From an uncultured Candidatus Saccharibacteria bacterium (GTDB lineage Bacteria; Patescibacteriota; Minisyncoccia; Phycocordibacterales; UBA12445): a stretch of DNA of 64,000 nt. The DNA lies in the NCBI GenBank assembly GCA_964531375.1, contig CAZHDO010000002.1:21469-85468 (forward strand), given 5' to 3'. The first letter of the stretch is position 1, and each line of letters opens with the position of its first letter. Positions 1-10,156 of the stretch are shown in pieces. The notes below the pieces were generated by a model that worked only from the letters and a program-made list of their open reading frames with translations, was not told the DNA's origin and searched no databases. The position numbers were made by a program, and so were the translations under genes.

Positions 1-1106
1 AAAATATCTTTGATTTTAACATCGTAAGCTTCCTTTTTCTCGGCCTCCTTTCTTTTTTCCTCCTTTATTCCAGAATACACACTCCATACCTCATCAAAAT
101 TTATAGATGTTTTCTTTTCATTTTTTGACTGTTTCAATTCGTCACCTATCAACTCAAGATGTCCGGTTGCATTACCATCAACGTCTAAAATTTTAAACAA
201 GGAACTTACTATTTTTATTCTTTCCTCGTCACTAGTAGCAAGTTTATCAATATACTTAAAAATGTTTTCCCTTTTGTTTTGTTTGTCTTTAATATTTTTT
301 AGACTCTCCTTGCTCTTATCTTCCACCTCCTCTTTTGTAATTTCAAGATTTTTAAAATCATTCGCGTCTTTCATATGCGCATTAACAACCTTCATAAAAA
401 TTTTTACTTCATCCTTATCAATACCATTTGCAATAAAACCTTCCTTAACCTTTTTACCAACATCGTAAGTCTCTTCTGTGCTGTCTTTTTTATAAACTTC
501 AGCATGACCCCTCATCGTCTTTATTATTTTACCCTTTTTAGACTCTTCTTCTGTTCCTTTTTTGTTTGCATCATAGTTAGTAACAATATTTTTACCCAAA
601 TCATGATACAAGAACAATATTTTCATTTTCTTCTTCTCGTCAGAAGGAATATCCATTTCTTCAATATTATTTAAACCGGTTTTAACATGATCCCAAACTG
701 TAATACCCTCAGAGTGGGCCACAGAAATAGTCTTTAGCTCGTCTTTGGTCTTATTTGGTTTTTTTCCCTCCTTCTTGTTTTTTTCGTTTTCTAAGGCAAT
801 TTTCTCGTTTTCTGTTTTGATATCCTTATTTAATTCAGCAAGCCTATTCTTTAAAACTTTTTTTAATTCTTCAGGATTATTAAGATTATCAGCAATCTCC
901 TTGTCTTTAATCTGCAAAGTCTTCATATAAGATTGCACCAATTCCAAATTTTCCTTTATTTCCTCAATACCAAATCTTTTTAATTCATTCTTTGACTCAG
1001 CTTCAATTCTTTCTGCTTCTTTTTTATTTTCTAATTCTTGTTTTTCTCCAGAAACGCTGCTATTTTCTCTCATAGCACCTCCCATTTTTTCTGCATTAAA
1101 TCTCAT
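1..1106 (-). CDS. HD-domain phosphohydrolase-like protein. Partial; the C-terminus runs off the window start.
   Basis: A long minus-strand frame stays open from the ATG at 1106 to position 1. The translation MRFNAEKMGGAMRENSS... contains the motif LYHDLGK (an HD-domain signature). The plus-strand ORFs at 262-930 are shadow ORFs of this gene. No clear RBS, so the start is uncertain. Confidence 0.5.
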   Translation of the reverse strand, partial: MRFNAEKMGGAMRENSSVSGEKQELENKKEAERIEAESKNELKRFGIEEIKENLELVQSYMKTLQIKDKEIADNLNNPEELKKVLKNRLAELNKDIKTENEKIALENEKNKKEGKKPNKTKDELKTISVAHSEGITVWDHVKTGLNNIEEMDIPSDEKKKMKILFLYHDLGKNIVTNYDANKKGTEEESKKGKIIKTMRGHAEVYKKDSTEETYDVGKKVKEGFIANGIDKDEVKIFMKVVNAHMKDANDFKNLEITKEEVEDKSKESLKNIKDKQNKRENIFKYIDKLATSDEERIKIVSSLFKILDVDGNATGHLELIGDELKQSKNEKKTSINFDEVWSVYSGIKEEKRKEAEKKEAYDVKIKDI

Positions 1107-1215
1107 GAGTTTTAAAAATATTATTTATAATGAAGAAATTATATCACGTTCTTTAAAAAATAATAAAAGCGCCATCATTTACGACTGGCGCTTACATACA
1201 AAGATAAATAAGGAG

Positions 1216-1809
1216 TTATGAAGCGAGAAACCTTACCATTCCAATCACTTCGGAGATTTTGCCAACAATACCCCGATTACCATTGATAACAAAATGACGA
1301 TGATGTTTTTCCCATACTTTTTTAACAGAGGCTTCAATTTCAATAGCTTTTTCCAGTGGCTCAAAACGATGAGAATTACCAGCCTTGCCATATTTATCAG
1401 GATCAACAACCGAAAGCGATTCAAGGTGGACAATGGCATCGTACCCATTAAGACAATCATCCTGGTTCAAATTGAATTTCTTACAAAACTCGTCAGACCC
1501 GCCTGGCGTATATGCAGCACCGTCAAGAATGCCACGGTCACAAATCAAAATTTTTTTCCCTTCTTTTTTGGCTTTAATGACAATGACACGCTCCACTGAT
1601 TTTTGAAGTGGTAAAATAACATTTTGAAATGCCTCTTGCCACTCCTCGGACCACTCGACATCTCTGCCCGGGGTAGGAAAACCACCCTCTAGAAGCATTG
1701 TTGCGACCTCAGGAACGACAGCAACTTCTTTTTCAAATTCTACACCAAGTGCCGAAATAACCGTTGTTTTACCACCACAAGGGCCGCCCGTAATAACAAT
1801 CTTTTTCAT
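1216..1809 (-). CDS. P-loop NTPase (AAA_28 / NadR-like predicted ATPase-kinase).
   Basis: Walker A motif GGPCGGKTT at the N-terminus. AGGAG RBS 7 nt upstream of the ATG. 197 aa. Confidence 0.55.
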   Translation of the reverse strand: MKKIVITGGPCGGKTTVISALGVEFEKEVAVVPEVATMLLEGGFPTPGRDVEWSEEWQEAFQNVILPLQKSVERVIVIKAKKEGKKILICDRGILDGAAYTPGGSDEFCKKFNLNQDDCLNGYDAIVHLESLSVVDPDKYGKAGNSHRFEPLEKAIEIEASVKKVWEKHHRHFVINGNRGIVGKISEVIGMVRFLAS

Positions 1810-2020
1810 AAATACTCCTTTTTTTCTTGTTAAATTTTAATGTACAAATTTGCTGTAAAGTAGAATAACATTTTTAATCTCCTAGTAAAAAGATTGACAT
1901 GAACACCCAAAAGAATGGTTGTTATTCTTAAAATTGACCTTAATTGCATTCTTTCTGTATAGTTAGGCGAGAAAAAACAAATGAGCTCGTTGAAAAAACC
2001 AAAAAAAGAAAGGAAATTAC

Positions 2021-2653
2021 ATGGATAGCTATATTACGCCAAACCAGATGATTGATTTATTGCGACTGCTTGAGAGAAAGGGGATGACTCCGGAAAAATT
2101 CAAAAAAATCATAGATTCAAACCTCCTGGAAGATTTTTTTGAACTCGATACTAATTCCATAAACGAAATCGACAAGGACGAATTCAGGAGGATCATGGAT
2201 ATTGGACCAAAAGAAAAAAAAATCACCATCAACCAGAGGCTGACCTTAACCCAAATGATTACCGCTGGAGACTACAATTTTGTCGACCCCTTGTTTACTA
2301 AGAACATTAGCAGTTTCAGATTTTCTGCAGGGGTAAAGAAAGAAGAAATAGTCTGTGAGTATATGCAATTCGAGAATAAGATAACTCCACGAGATGCCGA
2401 CAAAGAAATAAGGGCAAAAAACTACAGGTCGACAACAATTGAGGAAATTCTCACTTTCGGGATCGCATTCCCAAAAGAGCAAACCAAGGGCCCGATTGTG
2501 ACCGTGGGAACATCACCAAGAATCGATAACATACAAAAGTTCCCAGGATTAAACATGATTCAGGGAAGAAGCTTGGTTCTTTACAACTGGTTTTGCAGTC
2601 TTGATATCCGTTTTCGATTCCTCGTGGTCAAACGACCGCTGATCGTTAAGTAG
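2021..2653 (+). CDS. Hypothetical protein.
   Basis: 210-aa ORF preceded by an AGGAAA RBS-like sequence. An intrinsic terminator follows. Confidence 0.45.
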   Translation: MDSYITPNQMIDLLRLLERKGMTPEKFKKIIDSNLLEDFFELDTNSINEIDKDEFRRIMDIGPKEKKITINQRLTLTQMITAGDYNFVDPLFTKNISSFRFSAGVKKEEIVCEYMQFENKITPRDADKEIRAKNYRSTTIEEILTFGIAFPKEQTKGPIVTVGTSPRIDNIQKFPGLNMIQGRSLVLYNWFCSLDIRFRFLVVKRPLIVK

Positions 2654-2680
2654 CCCCACGCTGTTTGTGGGGTTTTTTTA
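2654..2680 (+). terminator. Rho-independent terminator.
   Basis: Stem ccccac/gtgggg with loop gctgtttg, followed by a T7 run. Confidence 0.7.
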
Positions 2681-2724
2681 TCCACAGAATATTTTTAGAT
2701 TGATGTGGTATAATAAATGCATAG

Positions 2725-3945
2725 ATGAAATTTGAGTTCAAGGCAAAAAAGCCAGATGGTAGTTTTATTGAAGGAACAAGAGAAAGTCTTGACCGTTTTC
2801 GACTTTCACACGAAATTGTTTCTGAAGGCCTAATCCCTGTTTTAATAAAACCTGTTTCAGAGGGTAGAAAATTTAATTTCGAATACTTTAACCAATTTTT
2901 TATAAGAATAAGCCTCCAGGAGAAGATTACTTTTTCACGCAACTTGGGCGCAATGCTTGCAGCTGGGCTTTCTTTATCACGATCACTCAGTGTCCTAGAA
3001 AAACAAACAGAAAACCCGAAGTTTAAAAAAATAATAAAATCATTACTAGACGATATTGAGGCTGGTAAAAGTTTAAGCCAAGCCCTTGTCCGTTTTCCTA
3101 ATGTTTTCTCGTCTCTTTTTGTTGCGATGGCCTCTGCGGGAGAGGAGTCAGGAAGTCTACATGAGTCATTAAAAATTGTCAGCGATCAACTAGACAAAAT
3201 ATACGCACTAAGGAAAAAGGTTAAAAGTGCACTTATATACCCAATAGTCATCTTAATCGCAATGGTTATAATTGGCTCTTTGATGCTTATTTATGTTGTT
3301 CCAACGATAATCGGGACATTTAAGGATTTTGATGCGACACTACCACTTTCTACAAAAATTGTTATAAATTCAAGTAACTTCCTGGTAAATAACTTTTTGC
3401 TTGTACTGTTTTCTTCCATATTTTTAGGATTCTTGTCGTATACAGCTGTAAATTCAGCAAAAGGACACAGGGTTACGGATTATATTTTACTAAAACTCCC
3501 CGTAATCTCCGAAATCGTTAAACAAATCAACACAGCCACAACAGCAAGAACAATTTCTTCTCTAGTTTCTTCTGGGGTAACACTAACAAAATCCCTAGAA
3601 ATAACTGCCGATGTTATACAAAATTATTACTATCGAAACGCCATTTTAAGGGCCGCTATTGGTATCCAAAATGGCGAATCCCTATCAAACCTATTTAAAA
3701 AAGAGGGTAATTTATTCCCAATTTTGATTACCGAAATGACTGAAGTGGGGGAAGAAACTGGCGGTCTTCCAAAAATGCTCATGAGTGTGGCAATTTTTTA
3801 CGAGGGTGAAGTTGATTCGTTAACAAAAGATATCTCTACAATTATTGAACCGGCTTTAATGCTTATTATTGGCGCTGCTGTCGGTTTTTTCGCCCTTGCG
3901 ATGATCCAACCTATATATGCACTAAGCGGAGGCGCTGGAATTTAA
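2725..3945 (+). CDS. pilC: Type IV pilus assembly protein PilC / T2SS protein F (GspF family).
   Basis: 406 aa, with the two T2SSF-type repeats and three-TM topology typical of PilC. It begins an operon with the prepilin-like genes downstream. Confidence 0.85.
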   Translation: MKFEFKAKKPDGSFIEGTRESLDRFRLSHEIVSEGLIPVLIKPVSEGRKFNFEYFNQFFIRISLQEKITFSRNLGAMLAAGLSLSRSLSVLEKQTENPKFKKIIKSLLDDIEAGKSLSQALVRFPNVFSSLFVAMASAGEESGSLHESLKIVSDQLDKIYALRKKVKSALIYPIVILIAMVIIGSLMLIYVVPTIIGTFKDFDATLPLSTKIVINSSNFLVNNFLLVLFSSIFLGFLSYTAVNSAKGHRVTDYILLKLPVISEIVKQINTATTARTISSLVSSGVTLTKSLEITADVIQNYYYRNAILRAAIGIQNGESLSNLFKKEGNLFPILITEMTEVGEETGGLPKMLMSVAIFYEGEVDSLTKDISTIIEPALMLIIGAAVGFFALAMIQPIYALSGGAGI

Positions 3946-4003
3946 GGTATTTGGTTTTTTGAGATAATAAATAAACACGAACTTCCACAACACAAGAATT
4001 GTT

Positions 4004-5806
4004 ATGCATAAAAACAAAAAAACAGGTTTTACACTAATAGAAACACTTGTTGGAGTTGCTATTTTTGTGATGATAGCAAGTAGTGTATACGAGGCGTATT
4101 CTTTGTTAATAAAATCAGCAAGGCTTTCCAGACTCAAAATAGCAGCAACGATGATCGCAAACGAACAAATAGAAATTGCTAGAAATCTTCCATATTCACA
4201 AGTTGGAACAGCTGGTGGTGTACCAAGTGGAGTAATGATTGCAGACAGAGTAATAGAAAGAGATAACGCAAAATTTAACGTAAAAGCAACAATTAGAAAC
4301 ATTGATGATCCTTTTGACGGAACACTTGGAGGTTCGCCAGGGGACACAGCTCCTGCAGACTACAAAAAAGTAGAGGTAGACGTTTCTTGTCCAGGGTGCG
4401 GAGGTGGATTTACAGATCTTAACCTAAACACAATAGTGGCCCCGAAAAATCTCGAAACAACATCAAGCAATGGTGCTTTATTTATAAATGTCTACGACGC
4501 GCTAGGACAACCAATCCCCAGTGCAGATGTAAAAGTAATAAATAGCACAGTAAGTCCAAACATCAACCTAACCGACATAACTGGTAATAATGGCTCACTA
4601 CAACTTGTCGATGTCCCTCCCTCAAGCCAAAGCTATCAGGTACAAGTTTCAAAAAAGGGTTATTCTAGTGAGATGACATATGCTCCAAACGGCACAATCA
4701 AAAATCCTGTTAAACCAAATTCAACAATAGCAGCACAAAAAGTTACGCAAATAAGTTTTTCTATCGATAAATTAAGCACAATTAATTTTTCAACACTTTC
4801 TTCTAATTGCACACCAAGTCCAAGTGTTGGTTTCCAACTAACAGGAAATAAAACACTAGGCACCACACCTACTGTTTTAAAGTACAATAAATATTTGACT
4901 ACCGATCAGAGTGGAAACAAAAACCTAAGTGATATTGAATGGGACACCTACAACATAGCGGTACCAGTAACATCGACAAGTACCTACTACATGACCGGAT
5001 CGCTGCCAACGTCTCCTACACTAACTTTACCAAATTCAACACAAAATTTTTATATAGTAACAAAACCAAAATTACCAAACGCCATATTAATATCTGTTAA
5101 AGATCAAGGAACAAAATTGCCAATAACAGGGGCTACTGTAACCTGGCTCAAAGGAACAACAGCTTCTTCTACGCTCGTAACAGGGAGAACTTCACAAACC
5201 CAAACCGACTGGTCTGGTGGTGAGGGACAGGACTATGTTATAAATCAAACAAAATTTTACAGCTCATCAAACATTAATTTCAATAATCCAATAGGGGATA
5301 TTCATCTTTCAGGTGCGCTTAATAACTATGAAAGCAGTGGTTTTCTAGAATCTTCGACGTTTGACATCGGCTCGGCGGGAAATTTCTACAGCCTGATATG
5401 GAACCCAAAGGACCAACCCTCAAAAACAGGCTCAAATAGTGTCAAATTCCAGATTGCCACAAATAATGACAAAAATACTTGGAATTATTTAGGTCCAGAT
5501 GGTACCTCAAATAGTTATTATGTTGTTTCTGGCACAAACATTAACGCATTACATAACGGAAATAGATACCTTAGATACAAAGCATTACTAAACACAGCTT
5601 CAACCTCAACAACCCCCACAATTTCAGATGTTTCTTTCGGGTTTACCGGCGCATGCGTTCCTGTTGGACAAGTTTTTTTTGATGGCCTGGCAACGGGAAA
5701 CTATACTCTAAATATCTCACGAAACAGCTATAATAGTATAACCAACCAGGCTTTTTCCGTTACAAATGGTTGGCAAGAGTTAATTGTTTATATGACACAG
5801 AAATAA
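4004..5806 (+). CDS. Large type IV pilin-like protein with a prepilin-type N-terminal cleavage/methylation domain.
   Basis: N-terminus MHKNKKTG|FTLIETLVGVAIFVMI is a class III signal (G-FTLIE with E at +5). 600 aa; the Thr/Ser/Asn-rich remainder suggests a minor pilin or tip adhesin. Confidence 0.6.
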   Translation: MHKNKKTGFTLIETLVGVAIFVMIASSVYEAYSLLIKSARLSRLKIAATMIANEQIEIARNLPYSQVGTAGGVPSGVMIADRVIERDNAKFNVKATIRNIDDPFDGTLGGSPGDTAPADYKKVEVDVSCPGCGGGFTDLNLNTIVAPKNLETTSSNGALFINVYDALGQPIPSADVKVINSTVSPNINLTDITGNNGSLQLVDVPPSSQSYQVQVSKKGYSSEMTYAPNGTIKNPVKPNSTIAAQKVTQISFSIDKLSTINFSTLSSNCTPSPSVGFQLTGNKTLGTTPTVLKYNKYLTTDQSGNKNLSDIEWDTYNIAVPVTSTSTYYMTGSLPTSPTLTLPNSTQNFYIVTKPKLPNAILISVKDQGTKLPITGATVTWLKGTTASSTLVTGRTSQTQTDWSGGEGQDYVINQTKFYSSSNINFNNPIGDIHLSGALNNYESSGFLESSTFDIGSAGNFYSLIWNPKDQPSKTGSNSVKFQIATNNDKNTWNYLGPDGTSNSYYVVSGTNINALHNGNRYLRYKALLNTASTSTTPTISDVSFGFTGACVPVGQVFFDGLATGNYTLNISRNSYNSITNQAFSVTNGWQELIVYMTQK

Positions 5807-5807
5807 A

Positions 5808-6434
5808 ATGTTGAAAAATAACAGAAAAAATCTATTTAAAAATGGTTTTACTACTGCTGAATTACTGGTTGGCATAGCAATTTTTGTTTTTATAGGGATG
5901 GCTGTTAACAAGTTTCAATCTAGTATCTTTTCATCTAGTTCTTATTTACAAGCAAGTCTCAGGACAGAAGATGACGCAAGAAGAATACTTAGAACTATTA
6001 TTTCTGAAATAAGGTCAATGAATTATTCAGCTGTTGGTGGATATCCAATAACCTCCGCAACTGGCAATTCATTTATTTTTTATAGCGACACAAACAATGA
6101 CAATAATACGGAAAGGTTGAGATATTTTATAGAAGGAACGAATCTAAAACGTGGAATTGTGTACCCAACAGGTTCTCCATTTTCCTATGACCTAAATAAT
6201 GAAAAAATATCTATAATTACTTCAAATATAGTAGCCACATCCAGTATTTTTTCTTATTTTAGTGACAGCTATGTTGGTACAGGAATGCCATTACCTGAAC
6301 CCGTAAATCTACCGGATGTAAGATTGATTAAAGTGAGTATTCCGGCCACTATTAAAACAGCCGACGGAAAAATATCGACTTCTTATGAAATTTCAAGTCA
6401 AGTTTCGATTAGAAATCTAAAAGATAATATGTAA
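5808..6434 (+). CDS. Prepilin-type pseudopilin / minor pilin.
   Basis: N-terminus KNG|FTTAELLVGIAIFVFI. Its start is 1 nt after the upstream stop, indicating translational coupling. Confidence 0.55.
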   Translation: MLKNNRKNLFKNGFTTAELLVGIAIFVFIGMAVNKFQSSIFSSSSYLQASLRTEDDARRILRTIISEIRSMNYSAVGGYPITSATGNSFIFYSDTNNDNNTERLRYFIEGTNLKRGIVYPTGSPFSYDLNNEKISIITSNIVATSSIFSYFSDSYVGTGMPLPEPVNLPDVRLIKVSIPATIKTADGKISTSYEISSQVSIRNLKDNM

Positions 6435-7903
6435 TGCTAGGTTTCAATAATAAAACACAAGATAAAAGCAAGAAACCAAAAAAGAAAGGTGCAATTTTGG
6501 TACAGATAATCGTTTTAACCTCTCTTGCTTCAATGCTAATAACCGCCCTTGCGAACTGGAGCGCGATATCTCTAAAAACCAGTAGAAAAGAATATTACAG
6601 AGAAATAGCGATACAAATTGCCGAGGCTGGAATAGATTATTACAGATGGCATTTAGCACACGCGCCAACCGACTACAAAGACGGAACACAGACAAATGGC
6701 CCATATGTTCACAATTACTACGATAAAAATGGAAATATACTTGGAACATTCTCTTTAGATATAACAGCGCCAACAACCGGCTCAACAAATGTAAAAATAA
6801 GATCAACAGGAAAGGTTTCGGCAGACGCAACTATTTCAAGAAAAATTGAAGTCGCGGTGGCAAAACCATCATTGGCCAAGTATGCAGTTATAACCGAAAA
6901 AGACGTAAGATTTGGTGAGGGGACAGAGATATATGGACCAGTACATTCTAACGGTGGCATTCGCTTCGATGGACTTGCACACAACATTGTCTCTTCTGCA
7001 CTATCCAATTACAACGACCCAGACCACTCTGGAAATGTTGAATATGCAGTGCACACACACCTAAATTCAGTCGACCCATACCCGCCAGCGACACTACCGA
7101 GCAGGGGTGATGTATTCCAGACAGGGAGATCCTTCCCAGTACCAGCTGTTGATTTTGCAAAATTCACAAACGATCTTTCTACTCTAAAAACAATAGCGCA
7201 ATCTTCTGGAGTCTATCTTTCAAGTTCGGGAAAATTAGGCTATCACCTTGTGCTAAAAACCAACGGAACTTTTGATATTTACAAAGTTACACAGCTCGTT
7301 CCTGTACCACAAAATTGTAATAGCAATAGCGGTCAGTTCGGATGGGGGACATGGAGTATTCAAACTGAAACTTTTGTACAAAATAGAGCATTCCCAACCA
7401 ATGGAATAATTTTTGCCGAGGATGATATTTGGGTTGATGGACAAATAAATAACGCGCGGCTAACGGTTGCCTGTGGACACTTCCCGGAAAACAAGGGTCA
7501 GGAAACTTCAATAACTGTAAACAATAATTTACTTTATACTTACTATGACGGAAGAGATAGCATCGGATTAATTTCTCAAGGTAATATAAACGCAGGTTTG
7601 ATGAGCGCCGATGTCCTTAGGATAGACGCTGCTCTTATTGCAAAAAACGATAGGGTAGGAAGATATTACTATCAACCTTCTTCCGGCAACAAAACCAATT
7701 GCTCTCCCTATGACACGAGAGACACAATTACTCTTTATGGGATGATAGCAACAAATGAGAGGTACGGTTTTGCCTACACAGACGACACCGGATATCAAAT
7801 AAGAAATATTATTTACGACGCGAATTTATTATTTTCACCCCCACCAAATTTCCCACTAACGACAGACCAATATCAAATAATTTCTTGGAAAGAAATAAAA
7901 TAA
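6434..7903 (+). CDS. Membrane-anchored protein, possibly a PilX-like minor pilin.
   Basis: Its ATG overlaps the upstream TAA. The N-terminal hydrophobic segment KKKGAILVQIIVLTSLASML is non-canonical (Q rather than E at +5). 489 aa. Confidence 0.4.
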   Translation: MLGFNNKTQDKSKKPKKKGAILVQIIVLTSLASMLITALANWSAISLKTSRKEYYREIAIQIAEAGIDYYRWHLAHAPTDYKDGTQTNGPYVHNYYDKNGNILGTFSLDITAPTTGSTNVKIRSTGKVSADATISRKIEVAVAKPSLAKYAVITEKDVRFGEGTEIYGPVHSNGGIRFDGLAHNIVSSALSNYNDPDHSGNVEYAVHTHLNSVDPYPPATLPSRGDVFQTGRSFPVPAVDFAKFTNDLSTLKTIAQSSGVYLSSSGKLGYHLVLKTNGTFDIYKVTQLVPVPQNCNSNSGQFGWGTWSIQTETFVQNRAFPTNGIIFAEDDIWVDGQINNARLTVACGHFPENKGQETSITVNNNLLYTYYDGRDSIGLISQGNINAGLMSADVLRIDAALIAKNDRVGRYYYQPSSGNKTNCSPYDTRDTITLYGMIATNERYGFAYTDDTGYQIRNIIYDANLLFSPPPNFPLTTDQYQIISWKEIK

Positions 7904-7932
7904 AAACTGCTCACAAAAAGCAGTTTTTATTT
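7904..7932 (+). terminator. Rho-independent terminator.
   Basis: Stem ctgct/agcag with loop cacaaaa, followed by a T-run. Confidence 0.65.
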
Positions 7933-8262
7933 TTACAAAAAATTTGAAATTTCGTTCTCGTTTTTTTTATAAAATATAGTCCTCATTGAAAATATATTTA
8001 CTAAAAATAAAAAATTCAAAACGCGAGAGACGCAGGTAGTATCGGTCACAAAAATAATAAAAATTTTGATGTCATTTTTTTGAGTGATTTTAATTAAAAA
8101 TAAATTACTAAATAATCATAAATAAAATAAAAATAATTTTTAAAAAATATTTTACCTTTCGTTAATTATAAAAATATTTTTAATTAAATAAATTTTAATT
8201 TAATTAATACCAGAATGTGCTATCATTTTGTTATTAAAAAATATTACCAAAACGAACAAAAA

Positions 8263-9045
8263 ATGCTTAAGAAAAAAATCATTATTGCCAACTGGAAAAT
8301 GGGTCCAGACAGTATTAAAGAGGCGACTGGGTTTGTTTCACAAATTTTTAAAAAAATTTATTTTTTAAAAAATAAACCAAAAATTGTAATTTGTCCGCCA
8401 CTTCCATACATCTCAGAAATCAAAAAAAACGTTTCATCAAACAAAAATAATGATTTAAATATTGGAGCGCAAGATTGTTTCTATGAAGACAAAGGACCTT
8501 TTACAGGAGAGATATCTTCTCTGTCACTTAAGTCACTAGGAGTTAAGTACATCACAATCGGTCATCACGAAAGGAGATTGCGTGGTGAAACAAATGAAAT
8601 AGTAAACAAAAAATTAAAAAATTTACTAAAAAATGGTTTCACGGGAATTCTTTGTGTGGGAGAAATAGAAAAAGATGAAACCGGGAATTATTTAAAATTT
8701 ATCGAAGAAGAAATTAGGGAGTGTCTAAAATCTATACAAAAAAATTATTTAAAAAATATTATTGTCGCGTACCAACCTATCTCAAACCTACTAAATGAAA
8801 ATAAAAACTTACTACACACACACGAAATAAAACAAATTTCTATTTTTATAAAAAAAATTCTTGTTGAAATTTGTGGCAGAGAAATTGGTCTCGAAATTCC
8901 GATAGTTTATGGAGGAAATTTTGATAAGAAAAACTTTGAATTTTTTTTTCTTGAATCTGGAACTGACGGTTTGTTAACAGAAAAAGATGTTTTCAAAAAA
9001 GATAAATTTTTGGAGTTAATTAAATTGTTTGATAATGTAAAATAA
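8263..9045 (+). CDS. tpiA: Triosephosphate isomerase.
   Basis: Motifs IIANWKM (TIM signature AxNWKMN) and IGHHERR (TIM GHSERR-like). The ORF opens at 8215, but the conserved N-terminus begins at MLKKKIIIANWKM. Confidence 0.8.
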   Translation: MLKKKIIIANWKMGPDSIKEATGFVSQIFKKIYFLKNKPKIVICPPLPYISEIKKNVSSNKNNDLNIGAQDCFYEDKGPFTGEISSLSLKSLGVKYITIGHHERRLRGETNEIVNKKLKNLLKNGFTGILCVGEIEKDETGNYLKFIEEEIRECLKSIQKNYLKNIIVAYQPISNLLNENKNLLHTHEIKQISIFIKKILVEICGREIGLEIPIVYGGNFDKKNFEFFFLESGTDGLLTEKDVFKKDKFLELIKLFDNVK

Positions 9046-10151
9046 TGAACATAAAAACGATAAAAAATTTAAAGGATTTTGGTGGTAAAAAATTTCTACT
9101 TCGATTAGATCTAAATGTACCGATGATTGACGGAATAATTCAAGATGACTACAGAATTAAAAGATCACTTGCGACAATAAATTATTTAAAAAATGGTGGA
9201 GCTAAAATTATAATAATTAGTCACACAGAAAGCGACCCAAACAACTCCTTAAGAAGTGTTGCAAATTTTTTAAATTACAAATTTCTTGATTTAGATTTTA
9301 ATACGCTCGAAGATAAAATTAGAAAAATAGAAAATGGCGAAATTGTAGTTTTAGAGAACTTAAGAACCAACCCAGGCGAGAAAAAAAATGATGAAGCTTT
9401 TACCAAAGAGCTCTCCTCGCTTGCCGATTTTTTTGTGAATGAAGCATTCTCTGTTTCTCATCGAGAACATGCCTCTATTGTAGGTATTCCGAAATATTTG
9501 CCAAGCTATTTTGGTTTCCTTTTTGAGGAGGAAATTGATAACCTCTCCCTTGCATTCAACCCAGAGCATCCGTTTACTTTTATTCTCGGAGGTGCAAAAT
9601 TTGAAACCAAACTACCTCTTGTGGAAAAATTCCTAAACATAGCTGATCAAATTTTTATCGGCGGCGCACTCGCAAATAGTTTCTATAAAGAGCTTGGATA
9701 TCAGACAGGAAAATCGTTGGTAGATAACTCAGATTTAAATCTAAAAAAACTTTCTAAAAATAGTAAAATATTTCTACCAGAAGATGTCGTTGTAAATACC
9801 CCCAATGGAGACAAAATTAAAAATGCGAATGACGTTTTTAAAGAAGAAACAATTGTGGATAACGGACCTTTGTTTATAGCCAAATTAGAGAAGGCCATTT
9901 CTTCCTCAAAATTCATACTATGGAATGGCCCTCTTGGCTTAGCCGAAAAAGGTTATTCAGAAGCGACAAACAGAACCTCTGGGGCCATAGCAAATTCAAA
10001 AGCCAAATCAATTATTGGTGGAGGAGATACGATTGCTGCAATAAATAAATTAGACATTATGAATAAGTTCAGCTTTGTTTCTACCGGAGGAGGTGCTATG
10101 CTCGATTTCTTATCGAATGGCACATTGCCCGGAATTGAAGCAATAAAATAA
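9045..10151 (+). CDS. pgk: Phosphoglycerate kinase.
   Basis: N-terminus LLRLDLNVPMIDG...DDYRI...IIISHTE and C-terminus STGGGAMLDFL match conserved PGK blocks. Its ATG overlaps the tpiA stop. Confidence 0.85.
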   Translation: MNIKTIKNLKDFGGKKFLLRLDLNVPMIDGIIQDDYRIKRSLATINYLKNGGAKIIIISHTESDPNNSLRSVANFLNYKFLDLDFNTLEDKIRKIENGEIVVLENLRTNPGEKKNDEAFTKELSSLADFFVNEAFSVSHREHASIVGIPKYLPSYFGFLFEEEIDNLSLAFNPEHPFTFILGGAKFETKLPLVEKFLNIADQIFIGGALANSFYKELGYQTGKSLVDNSDLNLKKLSKNSKIFLPEDVVVNTPNGDKIKNANDVFKEETIVDNGPLFIAKLEKAISSSKFILWNGPLGLAEKGYSEATNRTSGAIANSKAKSIIGGGDTIAAINKLDIMNKFSFVSTGGGAMLDFLSNGTLPGIEAIK

Positions 10152-10156
10152 ATACA

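Noticed and set aside
262-930. Plus-strand ORFs (262-468, 375-674, 745-930) in the first kilobase.
   Set aside because: They are low-complexity F/L/S-rich shadow frames of the long minus-strand HD-domain gene that spans 1-1106.
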